A stretch of 61,744 nt of DNA, counting the filler, from Ionaspis alba (Eukaryota), in assembly GCA_964255285.1 (NCBI GenBank). It is 4 parts of 4 records of this genome, joined end to end, with 100 filler letters (N's around TTAATTAATTAA, not from the genome) between each part and the next. Parts side by side here need not be neighbours in the genome. Positions count along the whole stretch, not along the records: positions 1 to 15,381 come from CAXUUL010000380.1; 3 more parts are not named here. One strand, 5' to 3'. Under the pieces are notes generated by a model. The model was not told the DNA's origin and did no database searches. It worked only from the letters and a program-made list of their open reading frames with translations. The translations under genes and the position numbers were made by a program. Below are positions 1-13,307 of this stretch, in pieces; position 1 is the first letter of the stretch, and every line of letters starts with the position of its first letter.

Positions 1-107
1 CCCATCACCCTCCTTTGTCCCGAAAGCCATCCAGCACCCAAGGTCGAAACCACAGCACAAGCCAACGCCTTACCCTCTAGACCACTAACTGTCACCCTCA
101 TTCATCC

Positions 108-3100
108 TCATCCCCCTCCAACTCCGCTTCCACCACGACTTCCACTCCTACTCCCACTACTCCTACTCCCCGTACTACTCCCCTCCCCATGTCCTGCCTC
201 CTCCCCAAGGATAATCTCCTCCAAATTCTCCCTTTCCCCACTCTGCTTGACCATCTCCCAAAACACACCTTGCTTCTTCAACAATTCCCTCGGAGAATCG
301 TATTCCACTGCCCTTCCCTCACTCATTACCAAGATCTTATCGAAATCCGCAATCGTGCTAAGCCGATGCGCAATCACAAGCAACGTGCTGTCTCCGAACT
401 CTTCCCTAATACTCCTCTGAATAAGGACATCCGTGGCCATGTCGACAGCCGAGGTCGCTTCATCCAGGACCATGATCTTCGGCCGCGAGACGATTGCACG
501 AGCGAGACAAAGCAGCTGGCGCTGTCCTTGGGACAAGTTAAGCCCGCCTTCCGAAATCTTCGAGCCCAAGCTCTGGAAGATATTCGTATTTGTATCACCA
601 CCCGCCGCACTACCACTAGCGCTCGACTCTGCAGCACTCTCATCTCGACTCTCGGGTCTGGTGCTGCGAACAAGGTGCACTCGTTCCAGGGCATCGCGCA
701 GCTCGGCATCAGTATGCTCGTGGAAAGCGTCGAGGTTCGAACGAATAGTGCCGGAGAAAAGCACCGGATCTTGGGGGATGATAGCAAGACGGCTACGCAG
801 ATCGTGTAGGTTGATGGTGGAGACATCGATACCGTCGATGAATATTATCCCTTCGCGGGCTTCGAGGAAGCGGAAGAGCGCAAGGGTGAGCGAGGATTTG
901 CCTGCGCCAGTGCGGCCAACGACTCCGACACGTTGATTCTTCTCGACAGTAAAGGAAAGGCCTTTTAGGACAGGAGGGAGGTCGGGGGCGTAGCCTGAGA
1001 CGAGGTCAGTGACTTCAAGACGGCCTTCCGTGGGCCAGGCGGCGGGCGGTGCGGAGCCGGTTTGATCTTCGATCGGGATGAGGGAGTATTCTATGACGCG
1101 CTCGGTGGCGTTCATTTCCATTTCTACTTGAGCGTAGGCGCGTAACGTCCATATGATGGCGGACGTGTATTGCAAAGCGAACGACAATGCGAAACCGGCA
1201 AGAGATGCATCAATGTCTTTCGAAGCAACAACGAGAGCGGCTACGACGATGGCGAAGCTGGCACCGATGAGGTTGAGACGGAGACCCATCCATCGATTGA
1301 ATAGCCAGATGTGCCAGAAGGCAGAGGCGTGGGCGTCGACTTTTTGGAACATCCTACCGATTAATGTGGTTAGTCATTGTTGCATGCGTCAAAAATGGAA
1401 ACGGAAACTCGCATACCTGTGGATGTATTCCTCCGTCTTGTCGAACGCCCTAATCGTTCCCACACCCGCTAACGCCGACCCGAATTGCTCAAAGATCGGA
1501 CTCTTAGCATTACTCTCGAGCCTCTTGACCTCTCTCGCTCCTGCCAAAAACCTCGACGCAACGAAAACGGCTACGCTCAGTAGAATCACAGCAAAGATGA
1601 TCATATACGGCGAGATAATGAAACCTGTAATGGTGATGCCGATCATCTGCAATAATTGGCCAAGAAGGAACCCCGTATTGGGTGCGATTCTCGAATCCAC
1701 AGCATTGAAGTCTGCTGTGAAGCGGTTGAGGACGCGGCCAAGGGGGACTGTGTCGAGCCAGCGGAGGGGAGCGCGAAGAACGGTGTAGAGGAGGTTCTGG
1801 TAGAGAATGCGGGAGGCTTTGAGGGAGATGACAAAGATGAAGAGGTGCATTGAGGAGCCGATGATAACAAGGGTGACGCTGAGGGCGACGTAGATGCCAA
1901 GATAGTACCAAATATCTCCTGGGTCGGAGTCCAAAATCCTAGGATTGATGTATACTTGAAGGGTGGGGTTCAGGTAGGAGTGGTTCTGGATGCTGGAGGC
2001 TTCGGTCTCGTAGGATCGTGTCCAGATGCTGACCCAATAGGACTAAGTCAAGTCAAGTCAGTCTCAATCCCGGCGCAGAGATAATGCCTTGTGGAAGGAA
2101 CAAGAGCCACAGAACGTCATCCTCTCTTCAATCACAAAGGTACTCCATGGAAGGGAAGTTGAGGAAAAGTAGACATACTCTGAAAAGTAACATCACCACG
2201 AAGACCGTAAAACCGCCAGTCACGAGCGGCCAAGTGGACCAACCCCCGCTCGTCTTGAAATACTCCCTGTAGACCGCCCACTTGACGCTCCCCTGCTCTC
2301 TCTTCTCATCCTCGGTGAACTTCTTTGGCTGTCCCTTACCCTTGATATCGATACCGCCATCATCGATCTTAGCAGAGCGTGTACTGCGATGACTCACCAT
2401 CTTCGAGAGCATGTTGGCGCTCTCTTCTTCGGCTTTTAGTAGATTGCCTCCCACATCTTCTTTCTCGTCGGGCACTTCTTCCTGGCTCAAGATCTTAGCC
2501 AGACTTCCGGTACGCTGCAATTCCTCCACGAAGCCTGCATGCTCCACCGTACCCTCTCCTAATTGTACTGTGTATTTGGTCTTCGGTAGACATAACGCCA
2601 CGTGATGAGTAACTAGTATCCGTGTCCTTCCGGTCCCTAGCTCGCCTGTGAGAGCGTCTTCAAATAGCTGTCGTCCTACATGAGCGTCAACGGCGCTGAA
2701 TATATCATCTAAGACCAGTATGCCAGCACGAGAGTAGAGGGCACGAGCGAACGAGACCCTCCATCTTTGACCTCCACTAAGATTGATACCATTGGCACCA
2801 ATATCGGTCAATTCGCCATCGGGTAATATCTCAAGATCCTTCTCCAGAGCGCAGACTCTCTTCACGGTGTTGTAACGACCAGAATCAAAGGGCAAGCCGA
2901 AGAGTATGTTATCTTTGATTGTTGCGTTTTCGATCCAAGGGATCTGTGCCACGAACGCAACACTAGAGTCGATGACCCAATTGCCCTTCGTGGCTAGGTG
3001 ATCAAACCTATCATTCAACGAAGGTGCTTTGGGCACTTTGATCGTGCCTGATATCTTATCCACCTCACCAAGTATGGCAGCAAGCAACAAGCTCTTGCCA

Positions 3101-5174
3101 GATCCTGTCTTTCCCGATATCACACTTAGTTGCTTCGGCGGGAATCTGATGTTGATATCTCTCAGCACGAATCGATCAGGATCATCCTCTTGGGAATCTG
3201 ATGGCCATGCTATCGATGCACTTTCAAAGGATATCGAATCAGCTGGAATGGTGCAGTCAACTTTCTCTGGCGCATTCAAGTACTCGTCGATTCTTTTGAT
3301 ACTGACAAAGCAGTCTAAGGCTTCTGTGATCATCTCCGGTACAGCGGCCAAGGTACTTTCGATGGATGAGAGAACAGCGATGGTTGTGAAAGCGATGGAA
3401 GATGACAAGTCTCCATGCAGATACGCATAGACTGCCAAAGCCATCGCTGATAGCATTATGGGACCAAAGATCCAGCAGGTAATTATTCCAGTATCAAACT
3501 TGAAAACTTTCCACTGAGTATCCAGCTCCTGTTTCCGCTTTTGTCCGATTTTGCCTTGCCACTGACGTTCCAAGGCACTGAATTTAATCTGGCGAATTCC
3601 CTGAAGAGCTTCTGTCACAATTGCCATTTTCTGGTCTCTAAGCTTCATCAGTTCTCCTTGCGCGATGTTATACCCCTTGGACACCCATGCGTTGAAGGGT
3701 ACTGAGAGAGCAAAGGTGAGCAGGCCAGCGAGTAAGGCTTTCCAGCCTATCAAGGTGTATAGAAACGTCATGCTAACAAGCAGCTTGATGACGGCTCCAG
3801 GGAAGAGAAACGCAAAGCTACAGAAGTCCGCGACACGCTTTGTGTCAACGCCGACGAGATTGATGGTGCTCTGCCGTGACTTCTGCATACTCTCATCTTC
3901 GTCACTCTCTCCATCTTTGTTGGTCCCAGTTGCTGTGTCTTCGCCGTTTGGCCCCGCACCCGCATTGATGATAGGAACATCGGCACCCTCCACAGCCGCC
4001 GCGATCCTCTCTTTTGCCTTCGAGACACCTTTGACGTCTTTCCGTCGAGTGGCTTTCATGAAGATCAGACTTGATAACATCGCGCGCATCGGGATGCCCA
4101 AATGTGCCCAGACGGAGTAGTATAGCCAGTTCTCAATGAGTGAGGTCAGACACATGAAGAAGCCGAGGCCAAAAACCCAGCCCCAAGCCTTCATGGCTAT
4201 CCGATCACCTCCTGATCGTTGCTCCAAGAGTTTTAGTAGATTGTACATAGCGAATTGTGGACCAAACTGAACAACACCAATAATTATGACGAGGACTAGC
4301 TGCTGCATCAATTCCCAGCGGAAGTTGTAGAAACATAATTTCCATAGTTTTGATTTGCCCTTGGTTTCATTGAAACGTCGTTGAAGAGAATCGGACATTG
4401 TGAAATTGGAGAGCGCTGGCAAGTCGTCAAGAGCAAGGCCCTTGTTCTTCCTTGCGAAAGCCAGCACCGCATTGGACCACGAGAAGGTGAGCCTCCCCAG
4501 GGCTGAGACTGTGTGCTCTCCATCGACAGGCTTTCTATTTCGATAAACCTCTGGTCTTCGTTGCATAGATGTGACGCCGAAGAATGCAAACAGAGCAAGC
4601 CCAAGCTGTACCACAGTGATGATGACATGGACAGTGTGGCCGCTAAGCCGAGATATCCTTGATCTGAGAAGACCATTCTCGACACTAATCGTGGCAATGA
4701 TAATAAGAGAAGACACACCGCTCCAGATACCTAGACGATACCTTTCGGCTGACTCGTGGACAAGAAACAAATTCAATGCTTGTATGGTAAGTAGAGCCTA
4801 GACTCGATGTCAGCAAGTATCCTATCAAGCTCCTTGTAGGGCCCCCTCACCCATGAGCCAGATGTGACCCAGCTCTCTATGAACAAGATATCTCCCTCAT
4901 CAGTAGTTCTAAGGACAGAAGCAGCTATGGAGACGAGGAGTCCTCCAAGAGATGCTATCAAGGCAATACTCCTTGGGATAATGGTGGAGAACTCTTCTTG
5001 ACTCTTTTCCGTAGCTGAGCCATCTTCGTCTTGGTAAAGGGCGTTGACATGCTGATAGCCGTATCCTTTCCTTCTTCCAACCTTCTTGTAGACGGCAAGC
5101 AAAGCCGGAACGGTACAAAGACCAACAGCTCCCAGACCAGCAGAGCCCAGAACAATTGTTGATTTCGAAGTCAT
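108..5174 (-). CDS. ABCC/MRP-type full-length ABC transporter (Ybt1/bile-acid-transporter-like), 4 exons: ~5174-4851, 4797-2179, 2042-1417, 1353-108
   Basis: NBD1 has Walker A GKTGSGKS, signature LSGGQ and Walker B ILVLDD. NBD2 has [16 protein letters not shown] and MVLDEATS. Two TMDs are present. GT..AG introns with CTGAC/TTGAC/CTAAC branch sites join the ORF pieces in frame. The start codon is uncertain. Confidence 0.93.
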
Positions 5175-6300
5175 GAGGAAGCTACCTATCACCCATGTAC
5201 ACCACAGTGGGTGGAACGCGCACTTGAAGCCGCGGATTTTACAAGAAATAAAATGAAATAGGAGAATTGAGGAACAATCGACGCAGGAACTCGAAGGGAA
5301 AACACAAACCTCAACCTATGACTCCTCCGCCGACTAGTAAGCAGGCCAATCTCAGCTCCGAGACGATCATCGAATGAATACAAGCATGGCACGCATCTAC
5401 GATCTGGATCTTGCAGAATCGATGCACTTCTGACTTCCACACCCGTCGGCTAAGACAGTGGGTGCATGCAGAATGAAGGTAAGAAGTAATGACGACAAGA
5501 GGAAGACCAATAAGCGCAACACAATTCTCCGTATCAAAGCACGGGTCCTACCTTTGCATTGCCTGAGATGCTCAAGCTGCTGCTTTTCCATGTGAGTCAA
5601 ACCATCTCGAGGCTTTTGTATTACTCCCATGCAGCTGCAACCGCCAGCGGTAGCGGTCTATCATTTTTGTTTGGTGGATGGTGGGGTTGGGCCGATGTTG
5701 TACAGCAGTTCTTCCCCGCCACGGACCAATCAACGGTCTGCTAAAACGGGCAGGTCGAATACGAGGAGCATGAGTCAACGATAAGAAACCTATGTCGCGA
5801 TGTGCAGCTAGCCGTCGACTCCGTCGTGTCCTTGCACGAGTCTGGTGCAAGGTATCCCCTACTGCAAAGGAGAATAAGACGAGAAATCCGAATTTTGTTA
5901 GGAGAGTTCTACAATCGTGGCGAAAATACCAATGTGTACATTCAAGGCATCATAGACGGCTGCACTTTCGGATGTTTCAGTTATCTTCAACTATTCCCTG
6001 CACTCCCCGATTTGACTCGTGTGTACCCGCTATCATTACATCCTCCATCCCGAGGACCTCCGACCATGCGTCTTCCGTACCCAACAACAGAAATAGTTGA
6101 CCTCATTATCAAAGCCGTGCCAGAGCAAAGGCAAAGTAGAAAAAAGCACACAAATAAGATTGATGGACCCTTGCATTCATCCGCCACGCCACACTGGGTA
6201 TCCCAACCGCCCACCACCGTCAGAGGCGAAAAGGAAAAGATCTTGACATCTGTCTCCGATCTCAATCTCCACCGCACCTGCATTGAACCCTGTAGATCAT

Positions 6301-7861
6301 TCAAGCAGCCACAGCTCTCTCTTCTTCTCGGCCCCGTGCCTCCCCATTGGCCTGACTGCCATGTGCCTCCTCTTCTTCCTCCTCCTCTTCATCATCATCC
6401 TGGTATTCTCTATGCGCACCAGCCGGAACCCAGAGTCCACTCTCACGATCCTTCATGGGTTGGTCTTGGCCTGCGAGATCAACACCCTCGCCTTGGTTGC
6501 GAGTACCGCGGTTTTGTTGACGGCGCTGGGATAGGTTGCGGGCACGCGTGCTAAGCTTGGATGAGACAGCCGCGTTGGCAGAAACCCAATTGGTCAATGC
6601 ATCTTCACAATCCTGGATGATGCTGTGATGGGATTAGTGATCTAATTCTGCGTTTTATGGCCTGCAGATATTGTGATTGGACGACGTACGCTTTACTAGC
6701 CTCATATCCATCATATGCATTGCGAGTCTCGCCAGGCGTGACAGGTGTATCATCGACGAGCTCCAGAAGATGTTTACCGAAGCCAGCAATGATGGCCAGC
6801 TTTTCGCTATGTTCGCGTAGAGCGTCGAATTGATAGGTGAAAGCAGCCTTGAGCTTCTCACGGGTGATGTTGGACAGCTGAGCCTCAGCGACGAGAGATT
6901 CTGCTTCAGCGCGAACAAGCTCCTGCTCGAGAACGACGATACGAGGGCTATTGGGTTCTTTGTATTTGAGCTGAGCGATTTGGTCGGTGATCTTCTGCTT
7001 GCCTATGTGTTGCACAGTTGATCAACCACTACAATCCATGAAGCTATCATCAGTCAAAACTTACGGTCTCTGCTTGGCTGAACGGAGGCTTCGATATTGC
7101 GAATGCTCTTGATGGTCACACGATACTGGTCGTAGCGATCGACAAATTGATCTTCAAGCTCGCCGATCTCGTAGATCAAAACACCCAGCTTATCGGTCAC
7201 ATCTGAAACATCATCGTCACAGCCTTCACCCCAGAGAGACAGTTGTTGCTATGCAAACTGTCAGCCGTCGTTTGTGAAACATCTGGGAATTGTGCGTACA
7301 GCAACTTCCATCCTCTCACGGCCAACGAGCTCCATACTACGCATAACATTCTTCTCCATCTTCACAAGCTGCGAGAGCTTCTTGGCAAGCTCTGGGCCGA
7401 AGGCACCAGCTGTGGATTTACGAAATGCATGACCTGCACCACCTCAAGGGAAGAAGATGTTAGCCTGTGACCTCGATGTGATTGGCACCGAAGTGTGATG
7501 ATTTATCGAAGCAATTGAGCTTCTGGACGAACGTGAAGGAGATAATCAAGGAAATTCTCAATGATTTCGACCAGAAGGGTTGGTCGTGGCAAAGAAAGCT
7601 TGTGATTGTGAGCCACCATTTGTCCCTCGCACGTAGGCGCGTGCTGAACTCTCATGAGTCCACGGCCGCAAAGGAAACAACGCGATCGGAGACATTGGAG
7701 GTGCTGTGTATCATCGCTTTCTGTGCCATCGTGAGAAACTCACCAATGCTAGCTTTGCCGAACAACCTATGTGATTTTGTGGATGATGATGGTGGAGGAG
7801 GATTCTGAATTTGCGATGCAGTTGGTGCGCGCGACTGGCGCATGGAATAGGTTCGATGCAT
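6301..7861 (-). CDS. PIL1: Eisosome BAR-domain protein Pil1/Lsp1 family (PilA-like), 5 exons
   Basis: N-terminus MHRTYSMRQSRAPTASQIQNPPPP; core AGAFGPELAKKLSQL and KLKAAFTYQFDALREHSEKLAIIAGFGKHLLELVDDTPVTPGETR; acidic C-terminal tail; canonical introns. Confidence 0.93.
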
Positions 7862-8639
7862 AATAGCGATGTGATGGAGTAGATATCAGGAGTATCGACT
7901 TTGTGGGTGAAAGTATTGCTGTATTGTTTTTCTGGTTGTAATCGTCGCTGTTCGACGTTGCGAATGGTTGGTAACGTTGTGTTTGGAAGAGAGAGGGATG
8001 GAGGAGGATCGGGAGGATGACGTTGCAGCTTATGGGGTCCTTGTTTCGGCTCAGTCGCGAAAAGCCACGCGCTGATCTTTGGAGGGTGATGTGAGTGAGG
8101 GATTGATACACAACGGAGAGATACCGATTGTGGATAGATCTTCGTACAAGTAAGTGTAAAAATGTGATACGTGATTCAAGAATATGGTGGTTTGTAGAGA
8201 GAAACAAGTCGGGGTGTTACGATTACTTTTTGTACTGTGACTCCCTACTCTGGATCTTCCGCCGTTGCTATGGTGCCATCAGCTACGGCTCCTACGTCAT
8301 TGTACATGGGAGGGCACAGCCCACGAACAAATCGACAAGTCGGGTTTCCAGTTTGTGAACATCGTCCTAACATTTACGGCAGGCTTGACAGTAGTGGTAG
8401 GGATGATGTGTGGTGGCCTAGACAACGATCATGGATGGTACGATTGACTTTCCACAACTCATGCCAGTTGCTAAAATCTGCATGTCAGTCAATTCTATTT
8501 CAACGACTATCTACATGTTATAGAAAGAACAGACATTTCGCAGTCTTCAATATCAATTTGACGGGAGTTCAGTCCGAGTGTCAAATAGAGTATAGTTTTA
8601 AACAGAACATGCTTGCAAATAGCTCAATGACGAGCAGCA

Positions 8640-9383
8640 TCACCGATCTCCCCCACAGCAATGGAATCCGCCACAGAGCCCTTGAGATTCATGCCACGGA
8701 CAGCATCCATCGCACCCAGGACAACCATAACCACCTCCCCTCAACCAAACCTCCTCATCCCCACCACCCCTCAAGCCCATTCTACCTCCCCGTCTGGCAC
8801 TGTGCATTTGCTGCATCTCTAATACATCTGAGTCCGACTCTCCCATATCAACGTCTCTTTCCCTTCTTCTGTTGTTGCTTGCTCTCCTCCCTCTTCTCCC
8901 GTCTCTACTACTCGGTCCACCTCTGCTACTCCCCTCAGTCCACCTACTTCCTTTTCCCCGTGTACTTCTCGATGACCTACCCGTGTTCGTTCCCCCCACA
9001 GACTCCGCCTCTCCTCCACCACCTAGGGTAAATTCTCTGTTTCCAGCTTCGCGATTACTCCGTCCAGCTGTTCGGCCCCTCTCTGAACCACCTCGAGGTG
9101 CCGTACCAGCATGATGGAACTCCATATCCTTTCTAAAGTGGGGACCGTTGTATATCATCATTCCGTCAGCTCCAATCCCTGGTATTTGCTGCCTCGTCCC
9201 GTCTCTGAACATACCACCATGCTGTGCACCAGCAGTACCGGGTATTCCGCCGTGAAAGACCTGTCCGACGATGTCGTCAGATTTGCCACATATGGCGCTC
9301 CAGCAGCAGCAAGTGAAGAGAGCGATACCCAGAGCGAAAAGGACGCCGAGGACGATGAGGAGGATCATGATCTGTTGGTCCAT
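8640..9383 (-). CDS. Orphan 247-aa protein: N-terminal TM helix followed by CCCW, a Gly/Arg-rich body, two LRGG motifs and a Cys-rich tail
   Basis: Uninterrupted ATG ORF with hydrophobic N-terminus IMILLIVLGVLFALGIALFTCCCW; no recognised family. Confidence 0.65.
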   Translation of the reverse strand: MDQQIMILLIVLGVLFALGIALFTCCCWSAICGKSDDIVGQVFHGGIPGTAGAQHGGMFRDGTRQQIPGIGADGMMIYNGPHFRKDMEFHHAGTAPRGGSERGRTAGRSNREAGNREFTLGGGGEAESVGGTNTGRSSRSTRGKGSRWTEGSSRGGPSSRDGRRGRRASNNRRRERDVDMGESDSDVLEMQQMHSARRGGRMGLRGGGDEEVWLRGGGYGCPGCDGCCPWHESQGLCGGFHCCGGDR

Positions 9384-9721
9384 GTTGTTCCTTATTTCGG
9401 ATTTCTGAGAGCAGGGCTAGAGGATGAAGAATCCGGCAGCAGGTACATTGGTCGGGAGCTGGCAAGTGTTGCAAAGGGGCTCAGGATGGGCAAGCTTGTG
9501 CGTCAATATGTAGAAAAGGGGAGCATACAAGAGGCTGGTCTGTGAAAAGGTGCTGAATTTGAGGCATGCATCTAACACAGCCATCTCTACCACCAAGCGG
9601 CAAAGCGGAGCAAAACTTTTCATCGATATGAGTAATACAAGCTGTTCTTGGAAAGGACTTCCCGATCTCAGTCACACCGGACCGCCTGACTCTGCCTGGC
9701 CTGTTTCACTCATCCTGTGAA

Positions 9722-9952
9722 TCACACCGGCCCTATAATTCTGTCATCCTTAAGCCTACCAGCCCAATATCGTGGACCGAAAAAGCATCTCTTCGCGAGG
9801 TCCCAAAGTGCACTTGGAAGCCCTCTCCATGAACCGTGTGGCTGACCCTTGTTGACTGTCGTGTCCCATAGGCGCCATAAAAAGAATGCAAAGAAGAGAA
9901 GCAGGAAGAGGATAGGGAGGGAGATGGCGAGAGCTAACGATGTGGAATCCAT
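9722..9952 (-). CDS. Small single-TM protein (76 aa), apparent paralog of the 10264-10434 ORF
   Basis: MDSTSLALAISLPILFLLLFFAFFLWRLW; the N-terminus closely resembles the neighbouring MDSATLAITI ORF. Confidence 0.55.
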   Translation of the reverse strand: MDSTSLALAISLPILFLLLFFAFFLWRLWDTTVNKGQPHGSWRGLPSALWDLAKRCFFGPRYWAGRLKDDRIIGPV

Positions 9953-10263
9953 GAAGAGAATGAGAAGATTGAGTTAGAGGATTATATGGCTGAGAGGTTT
10001 GAAGTAGATGTAGAGTGAGGAATATTCTCTGAAGGGTTAAGTTGTGAATTTGTGGTTTCAGAGTGTTCTCATGCCAGAAAGGGTTATTCCAAATCGACGC
10101 AAAGGAAGAATGCAGCACTCTGATCAAGCAAGCTTGATACTAAAGAGTCAGACTTATTTCCACTTGTGGTCAATCGATATTGACATCCATGTGACTCTTC
10201 CCTAGACTCTGCTAAGTCATGTCAACTCCATTTGACGCCATCTTTCCAGTCACGATACCTAGT

Positions 10264-10434
10264 CTAACAGCAGCTGCCAATCTTTGAACCACAAAGCGCG
10301 CTTACCATGCCTTTCCGATCACTCCTATGCTCTCGCTGGAAAAGGACACCCCACCAGCAGCAGACGCAGAAGAAGACAAAGACGAGGAAGAGGACGACGA
10401 TGACGATGGTGATAGCGAGGGTTGCGGAATCCAT
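10264..10434 (-). CDS. Small single-TM protein (~56 aa) with juxtamembrane CVCCWW
   Basis: ATG at 10434 gives MDSATLAITIVIVVLFLVFVFFCVCCWW. A possible 47-nt intron (10305-10259) would alter only the C-terminus. Confidence 0.55.
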   Translation of the reverse strand: MDSATLAITIVIVVLFLVFVFFCVCCWWGVLFQREHRSDRKGMVSALCGSKIGSCC

Positions 10435-10796
10435 CGTGGATCGATAAAGTGAAAAAGCCGAAACAGGAAGCGTGGTGGACAGATGTTGTATGTATTGAGC
10501 TTGCAATGAAATTCCGTGGTTTCGTTTAAGGATTTCAAAGGGTATTCCTGATATGGAGGAACGATTTCCGGAATGCGTAAAGGTTTGCAGAGGAGAAATA
10601 ACAGACCTGTAGAAGAAGATCGTTATCTGCAGAACGAAATTAGATTCATAGTGACAAATATACACGGGTTGTGAATAAAAAGTCGAGACCTGGTCCAGAT
10701 GAGTGTTTCGGAGCCGAATCATTATTTGGGAATATCTATAAGTTGTCGGTATCTGATAGAAAAGCTAAAGAAATGCAGAGTCGCGGCAAGACAGAT

Positions 10797-13015
10797 TCAC
10801 TGTATCCGCTTTTTGCCCTCTTCCAGGTGACTCAATCTCGCGTTGCTAGCTCCACGCTCATGCCGTTGGACAAACTGCCCTAGCACAGCGTCCTGCCGAA
10901 CTTTCCCCAAAGCCTCTTGATAGCCTTCTGTAGCCCAGCGTGGCGTGTTAAGCTTCGGCCAATTTACCTGCAGAATGTTATAAGTAGATATTGACATGAG
11001 AGGTCTTCGGGGAAACTCACGTAAAGCATGCCATGAATGTATATGAATCGCCAGCACCAGACCCCGACAATGCACCAAAACAAAATGAACACTCGGAGTG
11101 GCCATATCGTGCTATTCGGAAGTTGTCGAGTCAAGGTAGCGATGAAGATCATAAAACAACTTGCAGCCAATACATAAGGGATTGCCTGGACGAAAGCCGG
11201 TCTTCGGTCCGCGAACAACAGAGTGCCTCCGACATAGTTTGAGGGAAGGTAGGCGCCAAGGAAGACATCGAAACCATCCTGGCGTGGTCCATCCGCGAAG
11301 TTGTTCTTGACATACCGAGTAATGGAGTTGTTGAGATCCTGCATCATACCAGCCTTTGTCCTCTCTCCTGTGCGCGTGAAATCGGTCTTGAGAGCACCAG
11401 TTCCAGAGTAAGACTTCGACACAACATCTGCGTTGTCTGCCCAGACATTTCGGAATAACTTCTGAAAAGCCTCATCGTCGTCCGCAGATTGACCAGGTTG
11501 CAAGACGCCAACATCGGTCAATTGTCGTGTGAGTGTCCATCGACCAAGCATTGTTTGTACGACGTTGGTGCGATCTAAGCAATCCATACAGTTTGTTCGA
11601 ACCACCGCCGTTTGCTGATATCGAACCTCGACTTGACCTTGGGTATCGCCAGGCATGTCAACAGCACGGAAATAGCCACCTTGGGTCAACCCTGGCTTAA
11701 GCTGATCTAGCAGTAGTTGGGCACGATGCCACCTCAAGCCCTTGGTTTCGTTATGGAAATCGAAGTAGATGTAGTGTAGACGGTCAAATTCCTGCTTCCT
11801 TTGATTCGGTTCCACGATGCGTAATTTCTCCGGTGAGAACTGGTCTGACTGTAGCCTTTCCGAGGGCGAAGAGACCAGCATGTGCACTATTTGCTCATAG
11901 GCTTTCTTTACACGGTCTTCTCGACCTTTTTGGTTGACTAGATTGACCAAATAATTGTCTCCATAGAGTTGTATTTGCTCATGGAAATGTTTCCTTGCCG
12001 CATCGATGGCAGTCTCGACGCCTCGAATCTGCAAATCTGGTGTGTAACGTAGACTGTTGACTTCTGCCCAATATGTTGGCACACTACCCCTGGTCTGCAC
12101 GTATGACATGAGCTGAACCTCTTGACCATCAGCGCCAATTTTCCCATTCTGCATGCCAGTGCCTCCTGCAAATCCACCCAAGCCTTCATTGTTGTCGTTG
12201 AGTATGACGATCTGTTCCGTCTCGTTGTAATTGGCAACATGACCCTGATCGTCGATTCCTCTCGAGAAGTATCTTGTCCCGGCTCTATGCCTCGACCGCC
12301 TCGTTATAAGAGTGAATGTCAATGGCGTAGATTTTATTCTAGTATACTTTATCTCCATCATCCCAAACATGACTGGCAATATAAAAGCATCAATACCAGG
12401 CTGTTGATGTCCTTGATATCGATACCCAGCACTATTTCCAACTCCGTTCCTGAAGTCAATCAAATCGGACTGAACGAAACGATTCCAGTAGAACCGATCA
12501 TCTGCTCTTTTCCACAGTGGCGCCGACAAATCCGATTGTGCTTGCCTTTGAAAGCTGTTGGTGATATCGAGAGAGTAAGAAAAATACATGGGACCGGTCC
12601 TCAAAAGGGTCTTGAGAATATTATAGTATGTGTCTTCGTCTGGATCGTGGAGTGGACGCTCTCGAAGAGGTAGAAATTCAGTCGCTATAACTTTGTAGAC
12701 CATGTGGCCTTTCAATCGCCCCATAGGCTGGGCTTTGGTAATGACGATAATGTACTTGTCTTATGTCTGTCAGCGAAAGCACCTCAATCAGATCCATTCG
12801 TCTCACCTACCAAGCTTCAACTTGATCATTCCAAGTATACCAGCGATACTGGACACTCTCTTGGTGCCTAAGAGTGTGCCATCATGTAGGCGAAGATCTC
12901 CTGACGGTCTTTCAACCACCAAGGTCGGTGCTGAAGGGGTAGAAGGCGAGGTGAAGGCGTAGTGAGATGCCGAAGCATGGACGTTAATGTCCCGGAATGG
13001 AAGTAAGCTGCCCAT
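10797..13015 (-). CDS. SAC1: Phosphoinositide phosphatase Sac1, 3 exons
   Basis: Catalytic CX5R(T) motif in RTNCMDCLDRTNVVQ; RRSRHRAGTRYFSRG; SGTGALKTDFTRTG; two C-terminal TM helices. Confidence 0.96.
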
Positions 13016-13307
13016 GTTTCTCCATACGCTCACGAATACAAAGTCTGAAACACACTCAGGCTGCTGAAACTGACGCTGAAGGCTCCAGGTTCTGTAGAGG
13101 GAGCGGTTGTCTATGCGGAGCTAGGTCGCGTCCATAGTTCAGCTTTCCATTGTTGACATCTTGCACAAATTCGGTGGAAGCTTGGTTCGGGATGACGACG
13201 CGGCTATTCTTGCGCTAAGGAGTTCTAAGCGAATGTCGATTGACCGGCAAGCAACGATTTAAGTCCATTGAACATGAGCACAATTCTCATAACGAAATAA
13301 TGTCAAG

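Noticed and set aside
5397..5630. 77-aa minus-strand ORF with a hydrophobic stretch upstream of the ABC transporter
   Set aside because: No convincing splice path to the transporter and no recognisable family; unsupported.
9672..9733. TCACACCGG occurs twice, giving two GPV-stop endings behind the 76-aa ORF
   Set aside because: The candidate intron does not bring the second ending into frame; a 9-bp match is weak evidence.
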